A DNA stretch of 32,000 nucleotides from Microcystis aeruginosa NIES-843 (GTDB taxonomy: Bacteria > Cyanobacteriota > Cyanobacteriia > Cyanobacteriales > Microcystaceae), in the NCBI RefSeq assembly GCF_000010625.1, contig NC_010296.1, forward strand, positions 4,590,001-4,622,000. The letters run 5' to 3'. This document shows, in pieces, positions 26,799-32,000 of this stretch. Positions within the stretch are counted from its first letter, which is position 1. Each line of letters starts with the position of its first letter. Position numbers and translations under genes: made by a program. The notes below the pieces were generated by a model. It was not told the DNA's origin, did no database searches, and worked only from the letters and a program-made list of their open reading frames with translations.

Positions 26799-27206
26799 AT
26801 GAATCTCTCCGTCAGTGCCATTCTTCTCTATTCGATAGTGGCTGCCGCTATCTCTGTCTATCTACCTTTTCTGCTGGTCGCTTACGCTAGAGCTAAGGTG
26901 GGTTACGATACCTCCGCTCCCCGGGCAATGTTCGACCAACTCCCAGACTACGCTAAACGAGCAACTTGGGCCCATCAAAATGGTTTTGAAACCTTTATGA
27001 TCTATAGTGCCGCCGCTCTCATGGCCTACGTTACAGGAGTCTCCTCATCCTTGGCCGCTGTCTGTGCGATCGCTTTCGTGATCCTCCGGCTTTTATTTTC
27101 CCTTTTTTATATCACTAATGTCCCGATCGCTCGTTCCCTGATGTTCGGTCTCGGCTCTCTCTGTACCTATACTCTCTTTGGGTTGAGTTTAATCAAGATT
27201 CAGTAG
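26799..27206 (+). CDS. MAPEG-family membrane protein
   Basis: 135 aa with 3-4 TM helices. The motif region …RATWAHQNGFETFMIYSAAAL… is typical of the MAPEG family. It lies 8 nt downstream of the SLOG-like gene. Confidence 0.7.
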   Translation: MNLSVSAILLYSIVAAAISVYLPFLLVAYARAKVGYDTSAPRAMFDQLPDYAKRATWAHQNGFETFMIYSAAALMAYVTGVSSSLAAVCAIAFVILRLLFSLFYITNVPIARSLMFGLGSLCTYTLFGLSLIKIQ

Positions 27207-27265
27207 TTCGGGGGGGGCAAAAACCCCGATGGGAAATCGGGTTAGAAGTTGCTTAACCCGAACTA
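27204..27265. terminator. Nested hairpin between convergent genes (candidate bidirectional terminator)
   Basis: The outer 9-bp stem pairs TAGTTCGGG (27204-27212) with CCCGAACTA (27257-27265). The inner stem pairs CCCGAT (27225-27230) with ATCGGG (27236-27241). A G8 run sits at 27210-27217. There is no strong U-tract. Confidence 0.4.
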
Positions 27266-27277
27266 AAGTTAATTTTG

Positions 27278-28318
27278 TTACTGATAAACCGGTAATTTGG
27301 GATTATCTACTGATAACAAACCGGTTAAAAGTGAGGCGGGTTTTTGACTGTAGGGCCAGGCAAAAGCATGACGAAAAGCCGCATCTTGACAAGCTTGTAA
27401 TTGTCGAAAATCGATCACATCTAGGGTGAGTAAATTTTCGTACTCGAAGGGCAGCCGGACATTGTGTAAACCAGCATTATCGGTACAGATAGCAATATCA
27501 ACCCCCGCTTCAAAACAGCGATCGAAGACTATCTTTAATTGCGATAAACTTTTGAGGGTGCCAGTTTTTAAATAGGTGGTGGGACAGACTTCTAAACATT
27601 GATGACGACGGGCAACTTCCGGCAGCAATTCCGGATATTGTAGGGGAATTTGAATACCGTGACCAATTCTTTGCAGATAGGGCAGTAATTGGGGATAACA
27701 ACCGTCCTTTGTTTCGTAAAGATGGCCGGTGGTATTTAAACCCTCTTCCCTGGCATAACTGTATAAACCAGCAAATTCCTCTAGTCGAGTTTGGTAGTAG
27801 GAATCACCCCCGGCAATATCGATCGCACAGACGTATTCTTTCATCTCTAGGGCCAGATCAACGATCGCTTTGTTGACTTCGGAGGGAAGTCGCGAGTGCA
27901 TACAGAGAATTTGACTGGTAATAATCGGATATTCGCTCATTTTCGAGGCTTGACCGACGATCTCGACAATCGATCGCATTTGCTCGATTCGCTCTGTTTG
28001 GTTCAAATGTTCGTCGGTGCGATAGTAGGGAGTATAGCGCAATTCTAAATAGGCAAGATTCTCGAAGATGTAAGCGCCGCGAATCAGACGATAGATAAAA
28101 TAGGGCAAAGTTTGGGCGGTTTGAACACTTTCGACTAGGGTATGTAATTCCAAATACTCATCTAAACTATTGCGTTCACGGGTGTAAAATTCCTCAAAAG
28201 CGGGGTATTCCTGGAATTTGGCCGCTAAATCCCGCTCATGTCTGTGAAAGTAGCGCCAGAGAATTCTCGGTACTACAGATCCCCCTAAATGCCGATGCAA
28301 ATCTGCGTATAAAGCCAC
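27278..28318 (-). CDS. add: Adenosine/AMP deaminase family metallo-hydrolase
   Basis: 346 aa. The N-terminal metal-binding motif is ADLHRHLGGS, followed by …IDIAGGD…, …TGHLYE… and …ICTDNAG…. The start is GTG at 28318, with AAGGAG 10 nt upstream. Confidence 0.75.
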   Translation of the reverse strand: MALYADLHRHLGGSVVPRILWRYFHRHERDLAAKFQEYPAFEEFYTRERNSLDEYLELHTLVESVQTAQTLPYFIYRLIRGAYIFENLAYLELRYTPYYRTDEHLNQTERIEQMRSIVEIVGQASKMSEYPIITSQILCMHSRLPSEVNKAIVDLALEMKEYVCAIDIAGGDSYYQTRLEEFAGLYSYAREEGLNTTGHLYETKDGCYPQLLPYLQRIGHGIQIPLQYPELLPEVARRHQCLEVCPTTYLKTGTLKSLSQLKIVFDRCFEAGVDIAICTDNAGLHNVRLPFEYENLLTLDVIDFRQLQACQDAAFRHAFAWPYSQKPASLLTGLLSVDNPKLPVYQ

Positions 28319-28606
28319 AACTCCGATGCTCCTTAGTCTCTCAAATGTTCCTTAAATATAACGAAGTTTTACAATTGTTTGACAATTGTTGCCAAATATT
28401 ATCAGTACCTATCCAGTGATCGGCTGGGTGTTGGGGAGCGGGGAGATAGTGAACAGTCGCTAGTACAAGGCTCAGATCTGATCACCGATCACTGATTCAA
28501 GGCTGACAGCTAGAATAAGGTCATTAAACCTAAATAAAGCTTTAGGGAATAGAGGGGTGACAACATATACAATGATTGGGGTTTATCCTCAAGCAACCCT
28601 AAGCCT

Positions 28607-31600
28607 ATGCCACGCCGTGATGACTTACAGAAAATCCTAATCTTGGGCGCTGGCCCAATTGTCATCGGACAAGCCTGTGAATTCGACTATTCGGGAACTC
28701 AAGCCTGTAAAGCCCTACGAGAAGAAGGTTATGAGGTAATTTTAGTCAATTCTAACCCCGCCTCGATCATGACCGATCCAGAAATGGCCGATCGCACCTA
28801 CATTGAACCAATTCTGCCGGAAATTGTCGAGAAAATTATCGCCAAAGAACGTCCCGATGCCATTCTACCGACTATGGGCGGTCAAACTGCCCTAAATACC
28901 GCGGTAGCTTTGGCCAAAAGCGGCGTTTTAGAAAAATATAACGTGGAACTGATCGGGGCAAAACTTCCCGCTATTGAAAAAGCCGAAGATAGGGAACTAT
29001 TCAAAAAAGCAATGGAGAAAATCGGTGTTCCCGTCTGTCCTTCGGGGATTGCCAACAATTTAGAAGAAGCAAAAGCGATCGCCCATCAGATCGGTTCCTA
29101 TCCTCTCATTATCCGGCCGGCCTTCACTTTAGGAGGAACGGGGGGCGGTATTGCCTATAACCAAGAAGAATTTGAACCGATGGCCCAGTATGGTCTAGAT
29201 TGTTCCCCTACATCGCAAATTCTCGTCGAAAAATCCCTAATTGGCTGGAAAGAATACGAATTAGAGGTCATGCGCGATCTAGCCGATAACGTGGTGATCA
29301 TCTGTTCGATCGAAAACTTTGACCCGATGGGGGTCCATACCGGCGACTCGATTACGGTTGCGCCCGCCCAAACCCTGACCGATAAAGAATACCAACGCCT
29401 CCGGGACTATTCTAAGGCAATTATTCGGGAAATTGGCGTAGAAACCGGCGGATCGAACATCCAATTCTCCGTTAATCCCACTAACGGCGACGTAATCGTG
29501 ATTGAGATGAATCCCCGGGTATCCCGTTCTTCGGCCCTAGCATCGAAAGCCACGGGATTCCCGATCGCTAAATTTGCCGCTAAACTAGCAGTAGGCTACA
29601 CTTTAGACGAAATTCCCAACGATATCACCAAAAAAACCCCGGCTTCCTTTGAACCGACTATCGATTACGTCGTCACCAAAATTCCTCGCTTTGCCTTCGA
29701 GAAATTCCCCGGCTCCCAACCGATTCTAACTACCCAGATGAAATCCGTCGGGGAAGCCATGGCTATCGGTCGAACTTTCCAAGAATCCTTTCAAAAAGCG
29801 CTTCGCTCCCTAGAAACGGGACGTTTTGGCTTTGGTTGCGATAAAGTCGAAACTCTCCCCCCTCTCTCGGAAGTCCGGGCCGGTTTGCGGACACCTAACC
29901 CCGAACGAGTTTATAGTATCTATCATGCTTTTAAATTGGGCATGAATGGGTCGGAAATCCACGAACTAACCGGGATTGATCCCTGGTTCCTCGATAAATT
30001 GGCCGATTTGATGGAAACCGAGAAGTTTCTCAAACGAACTCCCCTGAAAAGTCTCGGCAAAGAGGACCTATTCGCTATTAAACAACAGGGATTTAGCGAT
30101 CGCCAAATCGCCTTCGCCACCAACACCAGCGAGGACGAAGTAAGAAGTTATCGCAAGGGTTTGGGTATTGTTCCAGTCTATAAAATGGTGGATACCTGCG
30201 CGGCGGAATTTGAGGCCCTGACACCCTACTATTATTCCACCTACGAACAGGTAGAATCGGAAGTTTTACCCTCCGATCAACGCAAAGTGATGATCCTCGG
30301 TGGTGGTCCCAATCGCATCGGTCAGGGGATAGAATTTGACTACTGTTGTTGTCATGCCGCTTTTTCCCTCAGTCAAGCCGGTTTTGAGACGATTATGGTC
30401 AACTCTAATCCGGAAACTGTCTCCACCGATTACGATACCAGCGATCGCCTTTACTTTGAACCCCTGACCAAAGAGGATGTCTTAAATATCATCGAAGCGG
30501 AACAACCAGAGGGTTTAATTATTCAATTCGGTGGGCAAACTCCCTTAAAACTGGCGGTTCCCCTGCAAAAATATTTAGAATCGCCTAATTGTCCCGTAAA
30601 TACCAAAATTTGGGGAACTTCACCCGATTCGATCGATGCCGCCGAAGATCGAGAACGGTTTGAAAAAATCCTCCGAGAATTAGATATCCGACAACCCCTC
30701 AACGGTATTGCCCGCAATTTCCAAGAATCCCAAGCAGTGGCTAAACGCATCGGTTATCCTGTGGTAGTACGTCCGTCCTACGTTTTAGGCGGTCGGGCGA
30801 TGGAAATCGTCTATTCCGATAGCGAATTGGAACGCTATATGAAGTACGCAGTACAGATAGAACCGGATCACCCGATTTTAATCGATAAATTCCTCGAAAA
30901 TGCCATCGAAGTGGATGTGGATGCCCTGTCAGATGCGACGGGAACAGTAGTTATCGGGGGATTAATGGAACATATCGAACAAGCGGGCGTACATTCGGGC
31001 GATTCTGCCTGTTCTATCCCCCATACGTCCCTGAGTGCCTCGGTTTTAACCACAATTCGACAATGGACGGTGGAACTAGCGAAAGCTTTAAAAGTAATCG
31101 GTTTGATGAATATCCAGTATGCGGTACAGGGGGAGACAGTTTATATCTTAGAAGCGAATCCCCGCGCTAGTCGTACTGTTCCCTACGTTTCCAAAGCAAC
31201 GGGAGTTCCTCTGGCAAAAGTTGCCTCCCTCGTCATGTCAGGCCGAACCCTGACGGAATTGGGTATCATCAGCGAAGCAATTCCCCGTCATATCGCCGTC
31301 AAAGAAGCGGTTTTACCCTTCCAGAAGTTCCCCGGTGCTGATACTCTCCTGGGACCAGAAATGCGTTCTACAGGCGAAGTAATGGGGATTGACAGCGATT
31401 TTGGCAAAGCTTTCGCTAAAGCGGAAATGGCCGCTGGCGTGATTTTAGCCACCAGTGGGACGGTTTTCGTCTCGATGAATGATCGCGATAAAACCCCCAT
31501 GGTTCCCGTAGTTAAGGATCTGCAATCCCTCGGTTTTCGCGTCGTCGCTACTTCGGGAACTCGTAAAGTTTTGTTAGAAAACGGTTGCGAAAATATCGAT

Positions 31601-31852
31601 TTAGTGCTAAAGATTCACGAAGGCCGTCCCGACGTTGTCGATTGGATCAAAAATGACTGGATTCAGTTTATTGTCAATACTCCCAGTGGTGAAGAATCCC
31701 AAAACGATGGCCGAAAAATTCGCCGTACTGCCCTCGATTATAAGTTACCAATTATCACCACTATCGCCGGGGCAAAAGCGACGGTAGCGGCCTTAAAATC
31801 CCTGCAATCGCAACCTTTAGAGGTGAAAGCTTTACAGGATTATCTCGCCTAA
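28607..31852 (+). CDS. carB: Carbamoyl-phosphate synthase large subunit
   Basis: 1081 aa with duplicated ATP-grasp halves ([21 protein letters not shown]… and [21 protein letters not shown]…) and a C-terminal MGS-like domain. Confidence 0.98.
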   Translation: MPRRDDLQKILILGAGPIVIGQACEFDYSGTQACKALREEGYEVILVNSNPASIMTDPEMADRTYIEPILPEIVEKIIAKERPDAILPTMGGQTALNTAVALAKSGVLEKYNVELIGAKLPAIEKAEDRELFKKAMEKIGVPVCPSGIANNLEEAKAIAHQIGSYPLIIRPAFTLGGTGGGIAYNQEEFEPMAQYGLDCSPTSQILVEKSLIGWKEYELEVMRDLADNVVIICSIENFDPMGVHTGDSITVAPAQTLTDKEYQRLRDYSKAIIREIGVETGGSNIQFSVNPTNGDVIVIEMNPRVSRSSALASKATGFPIAKFAAKLAVGYTLDEIPNDITKKTPASFEPTIDYVVTKIPRFAFEKFPGSQPILTTQMKSVGEAMAIGRTFQESFQKALRSLETGRFGFGCDKVETLPPLSEVRAGLRTPNPERVYSIYHAFKLGMNGSEIHELTGIDPWFLDKLADLMETEKFLKRTPLKSLGKEDLFAIKQQGFSDRQIAFATNTSEDEVRSYRKGLGIVPVYKMVDTCAAEFEALTPYYYSTYEQVESEVLPSDQRKVMILGGGPNRIGQGIEFDYCCCHAAFSLSQAGFETIMVNSNPETVSTDYDTSDRLYFEPLTKEDVLNIIEAEQPEGLIIQFGGQTPLKLAVPLQKYLESPNCPVNTKIWGTSPDSIDAAEDRERFEKILRELDIRQPLNGIARNFQESQAVAKRIGYPVVVRPSYVLGGRAMEIVYSDSELERYMKYAVQIEPDHPILIDKFLENAIEVDVDALSDATGTVVIGGLMEHIEQAGVHSGDSACSIPHTSLSASVLTTIRQWTVELAKALKVIGLMNIQYAVQGETVYILEANPRASRTVPYVSKATGVPLAKVASLVMSGRTLTELGIISEAIPRHIAVKEAVLPFQKFPGADTLLGPEMRSTGEVMGIDSDFGKAFAKAEMAAGVILATSGTVFVSMNDRDKTPMVPVVKDLQSLGFRVVATSGTRKVLLENGCENIDLVLKIHEGRPDVVDWIKNDWIQFIVNTPSGEESQNDGRKIRRTALDYKLPIITTIAGAKATVAALKSLQSQPLEVKALQDYLA

Positions 31853-31854
31853 TT

Positions 31855-31910
31855 TCAGTTATCAGTTATCAGTTATCAGTTATCAGTTATCAGTTATCAG
31901 TTATCAGTTA
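31855..31910. repeat. Tandem heptamer CAGTTAT, 8 units (reverse complement of the CTGATAA family), 2 nt after the carB stop
   Basis: Direct reading: cagttat x7 followed by cagttag. Confidence 0.95.
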
Positions 31911-31913
31911 GAA

Positions 31914-31974
31914 AGGGGATATAGGGGTTTAGGGATTTAGGGATTTAGGGGTTTAGGAATATAGGGGTTTAGGG
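31914..31974. repeat. Tandem octamer GGG(G/A)TTTA array with flanking related units (G-tract rich)
   Basis: ggggttta gggattta gggattta ggggttta gg at 31924-31957, with further ggggat/ggggtttaggg units on both sides. Confidence 0.9.
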
Positions 31975-32000
31975 AAATTTCAGCCAAATGCCCCACTACC

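Noticed and set aside
27229-27429. 66-aa plus-strand ORF after the MAPEG gene
   Set aside because: It starts inside the terminator hairpin region and is mostly antisense to the 3' end of the deaminase-family gene.
31924-31957. A TTTAGGG motif resembling plant-type telomere repeats
   Set aside because: The actual period is 8 (GGGRTTTA), the context is a bacterial intergenic region next to carB, and similar G-tract STRs occur elsewhere in the window.

Overview
This is a cyanobacterial chromosomal segment. Evidence: the HIP1 palindrome GCGATCGC recurs (e.g. 293-300, 2255-2262, 19876-19883); an ATP synthase b' subunit is present with the b'-b-delta-alpha-gamma gene order; intergenic spacers are packed with heptamer-type short tandem repeats, which I associate from memory with Microcystis-like genomes (unverified). 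Most of the window is housekeeping. On the + strand: the atp1 operon tail (2-4375), a YnbB-like PLP enzyme, an SPFH protein, a vWA protein, a DprA/SLOG-like protein plus a MAPEG protein, and carB. On the - strand: DedA, ahcY, ribE, proA, dxr, desC, ruvX, a GNAT protein and an adenosine-deaminase-family protein. Three parts look accessory or unusual. (1) A roughly 5.1 kb RTX/Calx-beta giant exoprotein gene (4831-9953) is split by a 1-nt frameshift near 5355. It has a GC-rich core (about 55% by hand count) between host-like AT-richer ends. (2) An AT-rich (about 35% GC) two-gene islet lies between ahcY and ribE (13320-15097). It encodes an XRE-HTH/ImmA-IrrE metallopeptidase translationally coupled to a DUF4411-type PIN-like gene, and that second gene is interrupted by a roughly 120-bp structured MITE-like insertion that preserves frame but carries one stop. 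This is my best candidate for a poorly characterised TA/defence-like module, apparently inactivated here. (3) Small repeats are very dense: MITE-like elements, a roughly 160-bp dispersed repeat on both sides of dxr, and spacers built almost entirely of tandem 7/8/14-mers, some G-quadruplex-capable. I found no rRNA, tRNA or CRISPR. Novelty cannot be established from the sequence alone; all family assignments are motif recognition by eye and need HMM or BLAST confirmation.
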